Positions 29,429 to 38,765 of a stretch of 64,000 nt of DNA are shown here, piece by piece. The notes under the pieces were generated by a model that saw only the letters and a program-made list of their open reading frames with translations, searched no databases and was not told the DNA's origin. Location of the stretch: NCBI GenBank assembly GCA_017480185.1, contig JAFVBC010000008.1:114889-178888 (forward strand). The letters run 5' to 3'. Position numbers and translations under genes: made by a program. The first letter of the stretch is position 1. The number at the start of each line of letters is the position of its first letter. The DNA comes from Bacteroidales bacterium (GTDB taxonomy: Bacteria; Bacteroidota; Bacteroidia; Bacteroidales; P3).

Positions 29429-30268
29429 ATGAAACCTATCATTGTTGGAACCGACTTTTCCGAAGGATCGTACTTGGCTTTAGAACTGGCTGTTGATGTG
29501 GCCAATCGTATGCAAACCGGTATAGTGCTGGTGTGGGCTAAACGCGAAAAGAAATTGTTTAGCAACGACCAGTTGGATGTTATGACCAACCTGGCCAATG
29601 AGAAATTGCGCGAGCTGTGCGCTAAGTTTCGTCCTGCTATGCGATACGGTGAGATTAGCAGTATGATTGAAAACGGTCGAGTGTCGACGGTTATAAGTAA
29701 TTTGGTGAAACGTCTTGAGGCTCCGTTAGTAGTTGTGGGTACAAACGGTGCATCGGGTTTTGAAAAGTACTGGATGGGTAGTCAGGCTGTGCGCATAGTG
29801 CAAGATAGTCCGTGCCCAGTGCTAACCATCCGTCAGGGATATGACTTCCACAAGAAGTTGGAACGCATAGTGGTACCCATTCGTGTTAATGCCAACTCGC
29901 GTCAGAAAGTGGCTCCTGCTACAGGTGTGGCAAGAATATTTGGCTCATCGCTCCACATACTGGGACTGTATGACATGAAAGATCAGGAGACCTCTTTGCG
30001 CACGTTTGTACAGCAAAGTGAAGAATATGCACAACGGCATGGCGTTGAAGCTGTGAGTGTGGTTCGTCCCTACTCAAACTATTGCGACACACTGCTTGAG
30101 TATGCCGACGAAATATCGGCCGACATGTTGGTGGTGAATACCGAGCAAGACCGCATTATCTCGCAGATGTTTCTGGGTACCAATGCCCAGCAGGTGGTCA
30201 ACCGCTCGCAGATACCAGTGTTGAGCATACACCCTGCCGATTTCATCAACGTTGCTTCAAGGGTGTGA
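29429..30268 (+). CDS. Universal stress protein (tandem UspA domains)
   Basis: 279 aa with two Usp-like halves. N-terminus MKPIIVGTDFSEGSYLALELA. The ATP-binding glycine motif VVGTNGASGFEKYWMGS is present. Confidence 0.8.
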   Translation: MKPIIVGTDFSEGSYLALELAVDVANRMQTGIVLVWAKREKKLFSNDQLDVMTNLANEKLRELCAKFRPAMRYGEISSMIENGRVSTVISNLVKRLEAPLVVVGTNGASGFEKYWMGSQAVRIVQDSPCPVLTIRQGYDFHKKLERIVVPIRVNANSRQKVAPATGVARIFGSSLHILGLYDMKDQETSLRTFVQQSEEYAQRHGVEAVSVVRPYSNYCDTLLEYADEISADMLVVNTEQDRIISQMFLGTNAQQVVNRSQIPVLSIHPADFINVASRV

Positions 30269-31524
30269 GTAGTTCGGACTACGATGTGGTGGTGGTGGGA
30301 GGTGGTGCCAGTGGCATGATGGCTGCGCTGACTGCAGCCGATCGTGGGCGACGGGTGCTGCTGATTGAGAAGATGGATCAAGCAGGGCGTAAGTTGCGCA
30401 TAACAGGCAAGGGTCGTTGCAATCTGACCAACACAGCCTCCTTGCGCGACACGCTGACACATATAGGCTCCGACGCTCGTTTCTTGCGCAATGCCTACGC
30501 TCGTTTTTTCAATCGTGAGTTGATGCTTTTTTTTGAGCAACGCGGTGTTCCGCTGGTCGAAGAAAGGGGTGGACGTGTGTTCCCTGCATCGGGTAAATCT
30601 CTTGATGTGTTTCTTGCCCTGATAAAAAGTCTTGAACAACACGAGCTTGTAACCATAAAGAAACCCGTTGCGGTGCGTCGGGTTGAGACTTTGGCCACAC
30701 CCGACGGCGTGCAGACTACTGGTGTGGTGTTGGCCAACGGTAGCCGAATTGGTTGTCGACAGGTGATATTGGCCACAGGTGGTTTGTCGTACCCTACAAC
30801 AGGCTCTACTGGGGCGGGATTGCGCATGGCAACGGAAACGGGTCATAGGGTGGTGGATACGGTGCCTTCGTTGGTGGCTCTGAAATGTGCAGAACCAGTG
30901 CTGCCCGACCTTGTTGGCTTTCAACTGCGCAATGTGCAGCTACGGGTTACCGACGGCGGGCATCGCGAGTTGTGCCGTCTGTTTGGCGAAATGACTTTCC
31001 TTAACGATGCTTTAGCAGGACCCATAGTGCTCAGTGCAAGTCGATTGGTGTCGAGGAAGTTGCACGACGGCGAGCAGTTGTTGGCAACAATAGACCTAAA
31101 GCCAGCCCTTGATGTTAAACAGCTTGACCGTCGTTTGCTTACCGATATTGATGCCAACGGTAAACGCCTGTTTAACGATGCGTTGCGCATGTGGCTGCCC
31201 GCCGAGTTGGTACCCCTGGCACTGAAGAGTTTGCATATTGAGTACTACAAGAGGCTGCATCAAATCAGTGGCGATGAACGCCGACGTTTGGTTGCGTGGC
31301 TTAAAGCAGTGCCATTTACCCTTGTTGGCACTCGCGATTGGAATGAGGCTATAGTAACACAAGGCGGTGTGGCTCTTGACCAGGTTGATCCTCGTACTAT
31401 GCAGTCGCGGCTGGTAAAGGGTTTGTATTTTGTCGGCGAAATGCTTGACCTTGATGCTGATACCGGAGGTTACAACTTGCAGATTGCTTTCTCGACAGGA
31501 CATGCTGCTGGTGAGGCTGTGTAG
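30265..31524 (+). CDS. NAD(P)/FAD-dependent oxidoreductase, HI0933/BaiN (aminoacetone-oxidase-like) family
   Basis: 419 aa. N-terminal FAD-binding GxGxxG motif DVVVVGGGASGMMAA. The start is GTG at 30265, overlapping the usp stop by 4 nt. Confidence 0.8.
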   Translation: MSSSDYDVVVVGGGASGMMAALTAADRGRRVLLIEKMDQAGRKLRITGKGRCNLTNTASLRDTLTHIGSDARFLRNAYARFFNRELMLFFEQRGVPLVEERGGRVFPASGKSLDVFLALIKSLEQHELVTIKKPVAVRRVETLATPDGVQTTGVVLANGSRIGCRQVILATGGLSYPTTGSTGAGLRMATETGHRVVDTVPSLVALKCAEPVLPDLVGFQLRNVQLRVTDGGHRELCRLFGEMTFLNDALAGPIVLSASRLVSRKLHDGEQLLATIDLKPALDVKQLDRRLLTDIDANGKRLFNDALRMWLPAELVPLALKSLHIEYYKRLHQISGDERRRLVAWLKAVPFTLVGTRDWNEAIVTQGGVALDQVDPRTMQSRLVKGLYFVGEMLDLDADTGGYNLQIAFSTGHAAGEAV

Positions 31525-31684
31525 TTAAAGTGAGTGCGAAAGAATAAAATGGATTGAAGTAAAAATCCAATTACAACATTAAAAGAGGGGAATTTTCGCT
31601 TTTTTTTTGGGGGGTAGTATGCAGATAATCAGGTGTTTATACTGATTGTTGCGATGCCTACTTGTATTTCTTATTACTTATTGT

Positions 31685-31692
31685 TACCTTTG
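31685..31692 (+). promoter_or_regulatory. Candidate -7 promoter box (TACCTTTG, matching TAnnTTTG) for the 31.7-38.7 kb operon
   Basis: Sits about 33 nt upstream of the first in-frame ATG (31725) after a 200-bp non-coding gap. Motif match only. Confidence 0.3.
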
Positions 31693-31724
31693 CCACAGGA
31701 ATAATAACTATTACTTCTTTTCTT

Positions 31725-32993
31725 ATGGCAATTATAGATATGGTAAGATGGACTCCCCAAGAGGGTGAGGCTGTCTATGCTTTTCGTTTTCCAGAGACTA
31801 ACCTCAGCACCTATACACAGTTGGTGGTGTATGAGTCGCAGCAAGCGTTGCTTTTTTCTAAAGGTCAATTGTTGGGTAAGTTCGGTCCGGGTAAACATAC
31901 ACTCAACACCGAAAACCTTCCGCTGTTGCGGTCTTTGTTTGGTATACCTTTTGGTGGCAAAAACCCATTCACGGCCGAGATATGGTTTGTGAACCTGTTG
32001 CAACCAGCTAATCTTGAATGGCAAACGGGTAGCATGTCGGTACATGATGCCGACTATAACACTTTCCTGCCGTTGGAGGCTAAAGGACGTTATGGTGTCC
32101 GTGTAGCCGATGCTGAGAGGTTTCTGACGAAGTTGGTTATCCCCCACGCACAATACACCCAAACCGACCTCACCGACCAGTGCTATGGCGAGTTTGTCAA
32201 CAAGACAAAGTCTGCAGTGGTGGGCTATATGACGCAAAATAGGGTGGGGTATAAACAAGTGTCGGCTCATCTCGATAGTTTGTCGACGTTTTTGAGAAGC
32301 AACTTGACTGAGTTTTGGAATGGCTATGGTATAGAGTTGTCGCAGTTCTATATCACGGAGATTGACATTGACACCACAACAGAAGAGGGTCGCCGAGTGA
32401 AGGCTGCCATTGCCGAGCAAGCCGAAATGAGCATCACAGGCCACACCTGGCAGCAGGGACGCATGTTCGACACCGCCCAGGATGCACTGAGTGGTATGGG
32501 AAATGGTCAAGGGGGTATATTGGGTGGCTTGATGGCCATAGGCATGATGGGAGGTCTGCAAGGTGGCAACAGTGCTCATCTGATGACGCCGAACAACAGT
32601 CAACCCACGTTTGGTCAGCCACAGCAGCAAAATGGTATGGGCGCCCCAGTTGGTGGAGGTCAGATGCCTCGTCCAGCATCGGTGTTCTGCTCTAATTGTG
32701 GAAAGCAGTTCTCTACTACGTCGCAGTTCTGCCCCAATTGTGGCCATAAATACAATCCATGTCCCAATTGTGGTCGCGACAATGATGAAAAAGCAAAACG
32801 CTGCACTGGTTGTGGTACAAGGTTGAATGCCGATAGCGAGCGATGCCCTCATTGTGGGGCCCCTGTGTCACAGGGTAGTACATTCTGTAGCTCGTGTGGC
32901 AAGCCAATGCTCATAGGCGATGTGTGCGAACGTTGTCATGCACCATTGCCGCCGTCGGTGAAGTTTTGTCCCAATTGCGGGCATCGCAGGTAG
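31725..32993 (+). CDS. SPFH/band-7 (flotillin-like, COG4260-type) protein with a Gly/Met-rich linker and four C-terminal zinc ribbons
   Basis: The N-terminal roughly 250 aa, MAIIDMVRWTPQEGEAVYAFRFP...KHTLNTENLPLL..., matches the SPFH family typified by B. subtilis YdjI. A disordered GMGNGQGGILGGLMAIGMMGG region follows. Four CxxC...CxxC ribbons follow: CSNCG..CPNCG, CPNCG..CTGCG, CPHCG..CSSCG and CERCH..CPNCG. The ORF-track start 31662 is TTG, so the ATG at 31725 is preferred. Confidence 0.75.
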   Translation: MAIIDMVRWTPQEGEAVYAFRFPETNLSTYTQLVVYESQQALLFSKGQLLGKFGPGKHTLNTENLPLLRSLFGIPFGGKNPFTAEIWFVNLLQPANLEWQTGSMSVHDADYNTFLPLEAKGRYGVRVADAERFLTKLVIPHAQYTQTDLTDQCYGEFVNKTKSAVVGYMTQNRVGYKQVSAHLDSLSTFLRSNLTEFWNGYGIELSQFYITEIDIDTTTEEGRRVKAAIAEQAEMSITGHTWQQGRMFDTAQDALSGMGNGQGGILGGLMAIGMMGGLQGGNSAHLMTPNNSQPTFGQPQQQNGMGAPVGGGQMPRPASVFCSNCGKQFSTTSQFCPNCGHKYNPCPNCGRDNDEKAKRCTGCGTRLNADSERCPHCGAPVSQGSTFCSSCGKPMLIGDVCERCHAPLPPSVKFCPNCGHRR

Positions 32994-33038
32994 TGCACCT
33001 AAGATATTTAATTCCCACTCAAACTAAACAATAGGTAT

Positions 33039-33737
33039 ATGGCACGTAAAATCTTTTCGTGGGTGGCTTTAGTATTGCTTGAAGCTGTCTTGATTACGTC
33101 GTTTATAATTTTCGGTTCGGCAATGCCAACGGGTGTGCTGGTAACGGATATTGTTGTGTCAACAATAATCTTGGCATTACTCTTCATAGACATTATGATG
33201 CCGTGGCACACTGCCAACGATGGGGCTACGCAGCATCTGGGAGCAATGGGCGTGAGGTGGGTGGTAACAATTGTCTATGCCGTTGCCGCTATTGCTGTTA
33301 TGGTGTTGATGCAAAACTACTCGTTTACCACGCAGTTGCTCGTTCAGGGCGGTTTGCTCGCCGTGATGCTACTTGGCATGGCTGGTGTGTTTTCGAGCAA
33401 GGAAAAAATAGGACAGGTGTATCAACAGGAGTCAACCCAATTGAGCGACCGTGAGCAAGTACGTAGCGCTTGGCACACCACCGTAGAGAAGTTGATTGAT
33501 GGGCAGGGGATGCCAGAAGATGTTATAGAACGAGTAAAGGTTGTTGCTGAACAACTGCGGTATGTGTCGCCTTCGAATAGTGCACAGGCAAAGGAACTGG
33601 ACGAACAGTTGATTGCTTGCGCAGAGTCCCTGCGTAGGATGTCGGTGGACTATGAATTGAACAAAGAACGTGTTGCGGCGTATATAGACAAGGCGATGCG
33701 TCTGATTGAACAACGTAAAAGTGCATTTTCACGCTAA
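33039..33737 (+). CDS. Integral membrane protein (4 predicted TM helices plus a C-terminal helical cytoplasmic domain), function unknown
   Basis: 232 aa. Four hydrophobic segments in the first 125 aa and a charged helical tail. 45 nt downstream of the SPFH gene on the same strand. Confidence 0.55.
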   Translation: MARKIFSWVALVLLEAVLITSFIIFGSAMPTGVLVTDIVVSTIILALLFIDIMMPWHTANDGATQHLGAMGVRWVVTIVYAVAAIAVMVLMQNYSFTTQLLVQGGLLAVMLLGMAGVFSSKEKIGQVYQQESTQLSDREQVRSAWHTTVEKLIDGQGMPEDVIERVKVVAEQLRYVSPSNSAQAKELDEQLIACAESLRRMSVDYELNKERVAAYIDKAMRLIEQRKSAFSR

Positions 33738-33765
33738 TATTATCATAAACTAAAAAAAACAAAGT

Positions 33766-35754
33766 ATGCCCGGAAAGATTTTTCCCGAATCGGCCAATAT
33801 CTATCAAGATAAGGCTAAAGTGCTGTTTAACTATTACAGCCAAATGGCAGAGAAGATAGTGGCAGAAGAAGAACGTATAGAAGGCGAGATCTCCAAGCTT
33901 GAGAGTCTGCGCAAAGAAAAAGAACAGTCGTTGAGTAAACTCCTCATTCCGCTAATTATTCCATTTGCAATACTTATCGTCCCTATCTTTATTTATCTTG
34001 TTAAGAAGAAAAATCTGACAAAGGAAATTGCAGAGATAGACGTTAGACTTGACGAGTTTAGAAAACAACACAAAGAGATATTCCGCGATTATAAAGTTAA
34101 TAAACTTGGTGTCGCTTATGTGCCAGTTGCAGAACAGATAAAATACGAGGACAAAAGCTTCATTGTTGACTATACCAATTCGGTTAAAGAATCGAAGGTT
34201 ACACTTCAAATGTCTAACCAAAATGACCTTCTGGTACAGACTATCAATGAGATTGATAACTTGTCGGCCGATGCTCCTGTTACAGAAAGTTCGAATGAGA
34301 TAGAAACAGTTGAGACCGATGATTACTCGACATCAATTCAACAGATTAACCAACACGACTATTTTGGCAAGTTAGAGCGTTCGCTTCGCACTATAGGTTT
34401 CTGCCTTGACGATCTTGATGTCTCGTCGGTCAGTCTACCGTTGGTTGGTGAGGAGTCGGAATATCTTGGGTTCCTGCGTGAATATGCAACTGATGAAGTC
34501 CCCGAGGGCGCTCCTGTTGTGAAAGTATTCGACAAAGAGAGGTTCGAAAAGAGTATAAACAAGTTCCAAGAGTTGAATCGACTCAAAGACTCGTTGTCAA
34601 ATAAGACAGCCCAGTTTGAAGATGTGTTGAAAAACCTAATGGTGACTATGGCGCATTCAGTTCAGACTATATCGGCATTAAAGGTAGCCTCGGCAGACAA
34701 GGTGATATTCGAGTCAAATAAGTTGCTATATCAAATACTTAAAGCTCCATATAACCACTATTCGCCCCTGCTTGAGCACGATGAGATTGAGCGTATTCGT
34801 CAGGAGAAGTTCGACTTTACTGAAGATGTTCAAGGGTACGTGCCGTTCCAATTGAAGGAAAGTTCGAGGGTGAAATATAATTTGATAACTGGTATGTGGA
34901 CTGCTGAAGATGGTACAACCACGACAGTTCCTTTTGGTGTGCACCAAATATATGAGGAAATTGTGGCACCGGTGGTTCAAAATCTGATGCGCGAAACACG
35001 CATTGAACGCCTTAAAATATACAATCACATCAAAGATCAGAAGATTAGTTATTTGAATAAATGGAATCAAGATACCGATGCTTTCTACCGCGACAATAGG
35101 TCGGAGAGTAATAAGATAATCTCGGCCATGCAAGAAAGTCTACGTGAGTATACAGCTGCATATAACACGCTGGTATCTTTGCAACGTACAGAAGCCAACA
35201 TGGCTAAATCTGGTGGCGAACTTGATTCTACTTTGGTTGAGAGTAGCGACAATGTTGCAGAGACTGCAATGGCATTCGAAACACAGTCGCAGCAGTTCAA
35301 ACAGATTCAAAGCCAGTTTGAGGAGTATATGGATCGCTTGCAAGAGGACATCCGAGAGAAGGGCGAGAAGTTTGGCCATGTGGAATACTACGATGCTAAA
35401 TTGAGAGACGGTCATTCTAACGAAGAAGCTGTGGCTGCAGGTGAGGTAAATCAACTGGATAGCCGTCGCAAACCTTTGGCAGCAGCTAATCCACTTTTGG
35501 CTAAGACTGCCGAGATGTTGCCCACCCCCAATATTGATGAAATTACCTACGAATACCTTGAACTTGACCTTCCATCTCTTGCCAATGATGCATTGAATAG
35601 TCTTGGGGAAAAGGTTGAGGTGCTGCAACCAGAGGAAGAAACTTCTGAGGAGCTCAATGCAGAGGTTGATAATACCAGCGAAGTAAGCGTGGAAAATGAG
35701 GCAGTACAAGCAAACGACGATGAGGCTGCAGACGACACAGAGTCGGAGCAATAA
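33766..35754 (+). CDS. 662-aa protein with N-terminal coiled coil, one TM helix and a large acidic-tailed domain, function unknown
   Basis: Residues 1-55 are coiled-coil-like (EEERIEGEISKLESLRKEKEQ). The TM segment is LLIPLIIPFAILIVPIFIYLV. The protein ends in an acidic tail EEETSEELNAEVDNTSE...DDTESEQ. No P-loop or other catalytic motif was found. AT-rich codon usage. Confidence 0.55.
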   Translation: MPGKIFPESANIYQDKAKVLFNYYSQMAEKIVAEEERIEGEISKLESLRKEKEQSLSKLLIPLIIPFAILIVPIFIYLVKKKNLTKEIAEIDVRLDEFRKQHKEIFRDYKVNKLGVAYVPVAEQIKYEDKSFIVDYTNSVKESKVTLQMSNQNDLLVQTINEIDNLSADAPVTESSNEIETVETDDYSTSIQQINQHDYFGKLERSLRTIGFCLDDLDVSSVSLPLVGEESEYLGFLREYATDEVPEGAPVVKVFDKERFEKSINKFQELNRLKDSLSNKTAQFEDVLKNLMVTMAHSVQTISALKVASADKVIFESNKLLYQILKAPYNHYSPLLEHDEIERIRQEKFDFTEDVQGYVPFQLKESSRVKYNLITGMWTAEDGTTTTVPFGVHQIYEEIVAPVVQNLMRETRIERLKIYNHIKDQKISYLNKWNQDTDAFYRDNRSESNKIISAMQESLREYTAAYNTLVSLQRTEANMAKSGGELDSTLVESSDNVAETAMAFETQSQQFKQIQSQFEEYMDRLQEDIREKGEKFGHVEYYDAKLRDGHSNEEAVAAGEVNQLDSRRKPLAAANPLLAKTAEMLPTPNIDEITYEYLELDLPSLANDALNSLGEKVEVLQPEEETSEELNAEVDNTSEVSVENEAVQANDDEAADDTESEQ

Positions 35755-35788
35755 AGAATGTCAAAGTAGAAAGAAAGGACATTAAACT

Positions 35789-36700
35789 ATGGCAAGTATA
35801 GATTGTGTTGTCGACACCCAGCCGATGGCGCGTGAGATAGACAAAGTGTCTCACAATGTTAATCAGACCAAGAATGCCGTCATAGCAATGCAGATGGCGG
35901 TTATACAGGCAGAAAAAGAGGCCTCCGACCATGTGTGTAGCAAGGTTAACCTCGGTTTCTACACCATGATTCGCTCTCAAATATCGCAGAAGATGGCCAA
36001 ATTGCAAAGCGATGTAGACTCATTGCTTATGCAGTTGTCTTATCAACAAAAGCAATTGATGGCTATCAAAATGCGTATGGAACGCGATTATAACATGTTG
36101 CTTGTTAGGTACAACAAGCTTTTCAATGGGCTCAATCAAAACCTAAAGCAGCGTGTATACGAACTCGACCGTCCCACAATGGATTTTGCAGAAAACCAAG
36201 TGGAGCACATTACCAATCGTACAAAACTCATGACTGCTACCGTACCCTTGGGACAAACCGAGTCGGTCAGCCAAAGTCAGAAGATACTGGCTTCTAATGC
36301 CAAGTATCAAAGCAAGCGAGTCATCGATTCCATGACACGTTTCCTTTCCGATTTCAACGAACAGCGCCAACTCACTTCTACCATTCTGCTGGAAGGGAAA
36401 GCTCAGAATGGAGAGTGGTCGGTACCTGTTATTGTCATGCAGTCAAACGTCGATAAAAATGGCACATTGGTAGACCGCGTGTTGGTGAACGAGAATGCAA
36501 TGAGCACATCGATGCAACAGGCCGTTCGCAACACCTTCTCTGCTACCTCCGATGGTTTAGAGTGGAAGACAGCAACCCAGCCCGACAAAGAAACATCCAA
36601 CGAGTTTGCCAAACTTGTGGAGCGGTCCAATTTGAGCGACCGTGTAAAAAATCTTGTGTCGGAGATGTATCGTAACAACAATTATGCAACGCTTAAATAG
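35789..36700 (+). CDS. Coiled-coil cytoplasmic protein, paralogue 1 of a tandem pair, function unknown
   Basis: 303 aa. Alignable over its full length with the next gene, for example GFYTMIRSQISQ...MERDYN...LDRPTMDF against GFFKTVRSDISQ...MEVDYN...LDAPAFNF. No signal peptide or TM. Confidence 0.55.
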   Translation: MASIDCVVDTQPMAREIDKVSHNVNQTKNAVIAMQMAVIQAEKEASDHVCSKVNLGFYTMIRSQISQKMAKLQSDVDSLLMQLSYQQKQLMAIKMRMERDYNMLLVRYNKLFNGLNQNLKQRVYELDRPTMDFAENQVEHITNRTKLMTATVPLGQTESVSQSQKILASNAKYQSKRVIDSMTRFLSDFNEQRQLTSTILLEGKAQNGEWSVPVIVMQSNVDKNGTLVDRVLVNENAMSTSMQQAVRNTFSATSDGLEWKTATQPDKETSNEFAKLVERSNLSDRVKNLVSEMYRNNNYATLK

Positions 36701-36709
36701 CTCCCAGTC

Positions 36710-37720
36710 ATGAGTTACACAAGATCAGTTACAAAGACCATTGCAGTGCATTACTCGGGCTCGGTGAGTTATCCTGCTTCGCAAAATGGTGGCACTGTAG
36801 GATACAGTGGCACTGCCTACGAAAGCGTAACCGTGAATGTACATGTCGACACCCAATCTTTTGATGCCTCGACCGATCAGTGCGCTGGCAAGGTAGGGGT
36901 GCTGACAGGCGCAGTCGTTGCAACAAACGAAGCCCAAGTACTTTCCATCCGCGAAAACTCCAAAAAGGTGGGGCAGACCCTCATCAACGGTTTTTTCAAA
37001 ACGGTTCGCTCCGACATCAGTCAGCAAATAAACGAGCTGAAGAACATCGTTGAAGCAACTTTGCTCAAACTGCAGAGCGATGCCAAACGTTGCAACGAGA
37101 TGCAGCGTCAGATGGAGGTCGACTACAACCGCAAGTGTGTGCAATACATGCACATCTTTGACGATTTAGACAAAGAATTGCACAACCGTATAGTCAATCT
37201 TGATGCTCCCGCTTTCAATTTTGGTCGCGATGTCGACACCGTAAATTCGCGTCTTACCACAACCGATATGGTACCCGTGGTGGCTGTCTCTGGTGGCGAG
37301 AATATGCGTTTGCAAACGCAACTCTCGGTTACTGCCACCAAGCAGCGCGCTTACGATGCCATGGGCAAAGCGCGCCAATTCCTGCAAGTACAGAAAAATG
37401 CAGCCGATGCCATTGCCACCAACACCATTGCCGATGCCCCTCAGGGGCAGATACACCTACCTGTGTGCTACATCGAAGTGGTGAATGAACAAGACTGCCT
37501 TGAACGAAGTATAGAATGTTGCGACAAAATCGATGGCAACGCGCGTAAGATGTTGAGCGATCAGTTGCATAAAACCCAGTTTCCCAAAGCCAAAGAGGCA
37601 GAAAGTAACAAGGTACTCATGTATTTCAAAGAGGCTGTTGCACAGCGCCTCTCGGGAGGTAACGAACACGACGAACGTGTGTGCGAACAAATCATGAAAT
37701 TGTATAACAACAATCAATAG
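36710..37720 (+). CDS. Coiled-coil cytoplasmic protein, paralogue 2 with a roughly 40-aa N-terminal extension, function unknown
   Basis: 336 aa. Starts 9 nt after paralogue 1. Conserved blocks VDTQ, GF(Y/F)..(I/V)RS.ISQ and ME.DYN are shared with the upstream gene. Confidence 0.55.
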   Translation: MSYTRSVTKTIAVHYSGSVSYPASQNGGTVGYSGTAYESVTVNVHVDTQSFDASTDQCAGKVGVLTGAVVATNEAQVLSIRENSKKVGQTLINGFFKTVRSDISQQINELKNIVEATLLKLQSDAKRCNEMQRQMEVDYNRKCVQYMHIFDDLDKELHNRIVNLDAPAFNFGRDVDTVNSRLTTTDMVPVVAVSGGENMRLQTQLSVTATKQRAYDAMGKARQFLQVQKNAADAIATNTIADAPQGQIHLPVCYIEVVNEQDCLERSIECCDKIDGNARKMLSDQLHKTQFPKAKEAESNKVLMYFKEAVAQRLSGGNEHDERVCEQIMKLYNNNQ

Positions 37721-37727
37721 TAAGAAA

Positions 37728-38702
37728 ATGAAAGAACTTAAAGAAATAAGATTCAACGATAACAATGTGCTTTTGAAAGACAACCTAGTCAAGGGTCCAA
37801 TCATACCCGAACAGGTCTCTGAACTGACGCGCGACATCACCATCCAAGCCGACACCATTGTCGAGGGTGCAATTTATGCCCACCGACTTGAGGTGCAGAA
37901 TGGCGAGTGTGTGGTTAAGGGAGCAGTGTTTACCCAACTTGAGCTATATGTCAATGCCGATGCAAAGGGCAGTGTAACCTTTGAAAAGAGTGTGGGCTCG
38001 GTTGATAGCATTGTGTCGCGTGCATCTGGTTGCACCCTCTCGTTCATGTCCGACATCAACGCTCACAGTGTAACCCTCTACAACGCCTATGTGGCGGGTA
38101 GCATCTATGCCGATGAGGTGGTTCTTGAAAACTGTGTGGTTGTTGGAGGTGTGTTTGCATCACAGGGACTCGACATCAACAACTGTATTTTGGGCACATT
38201 TAACGCTCCCACAGTAAACATGTCTGGGTCAATCTTCCTGCTTTTGCCCTCGGCATTTTCGATAGAGAAAGCAGTTGTCGACCCCTCATGCAAGTTTTAT
38301 AACCTCAGTTTGGCCGACCTTGGGGCACTGTACAAAGGGTTGCCACAGGCCGAAAATTCGGGCAAGGTGAAACTTGATGTCGATGCCGACGAGGTAAAAA
38401 CAACCCTTTCTAACGACGAAATACAGAAAACCATTCGTAGCTATACCGTGGTTGGGAAAGTGTTGGCAGCAGATTTAATCGACACCGATAAGTTCCAAAA
38501 CCACTTCCTTATTGCAGCAGCATCGCTTGGCCCGCAGCTGTTGAAAACCTACGACTTGGGGACTGATAAGGGTGGCACTGCAGCAATGCTCACACCCGAG
38601 CGTATTCGCACCTTCTTTTTCGACATTCTTCATGGCAAGATAGAAGTGCAAGACATTGACGGACACTTTAGTATTAGCGATATAGCCCAACGCTACAAGT
38701 AG
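37728..38702 (+). CDS. Beta-helix-like repeat protein (Toastrack/bactofilin-like fold suspected), function unknown
   Basis: 324 aa. The central 200 aa show a short periodic pattern of alternating hydrophobics and Gly/Asn/Asp turns (ITIQADTIVEGAIYAHRLEVQNGECVVKGAVFTQLELYVNADAKGSVTF...). That pattern is typical of single-stranded beta-helices. Last gene before the strong terminator. Confidence 0.5.
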   Translation: MKELKEIRFNDNNVLLKDNLVKGPIIPEQVSELTRDITIQADTIVEGAIYAHRLEVQNGECVVKGAVFTQLELYVNADAKGSVTFEKSVGSVDSIVSRASGCTLSFMSDINAHSVTLYNAYVAGSIYADEVVLENCVVVGGVFASQGLDINNCILGTFNAPTVNMSGSIFLLLPSAFSIEKAVVDPSCKFYNLSLADLGALYKGLPQAENSGKVKLDVDADEVKTTLSNDEIQKTIRSYTVVGKVLAADLIDTDKFQNHFLIAAASLGPQLLKTYDLGTDKGGTAAMLTPERIRTFFFDILHGKIEVQDIDGHFSISDIAQRYK

Positions 38703-38724
38703 TCGTTCTTCATGTCGTGTCTAA

Positions 38725-38765
38725 ACGGGTGCGGTGGCAAAGATGCCACCGCACCCGTTTTTTAT
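38725..38765 (+). terminator. Strong rho-independent terminator closing the 31.7-38.7 kb operon
   Basis: ACGGGTGCGGTGGCA-aaga-TGCCACCGCACCCGT, a perfect 15-bp stem, followed by TTTTTTATTG. The ORF-track start (GTG 38734) of the next gene lies inside this hairpin and is therefore unlikely. Confidence 0.7.

Noticed and set aside
30079-30924. 281-aa minus-strand ORF
   Set aside because: Overlaps the usp 3' end and the FAD-oxidoreductase 5' end, where the GxGxxG motif is on the plus strand. His/Cys-rich junk translation.
31662-31724. Hydrophobic N-terminal extension (putative TM anchor) on the SPFH protein
   Set aside because: The upstream codon is TTG. The first in-frame ATG at 31725 is preceded by a TAnnTTTG box at 31685-31692, which would lie inside the extended ORF. 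The short form is preferred, but a TTG-initiated membrane anchor cannot be excluded.
31674-32852. 392-aa minus-strand ORF
   Set aside because: Antisense to the SPFH-zinc-ribbon gene, which has a recognisable domain architecture. Cys/His/Arg-rich unnatural composition.
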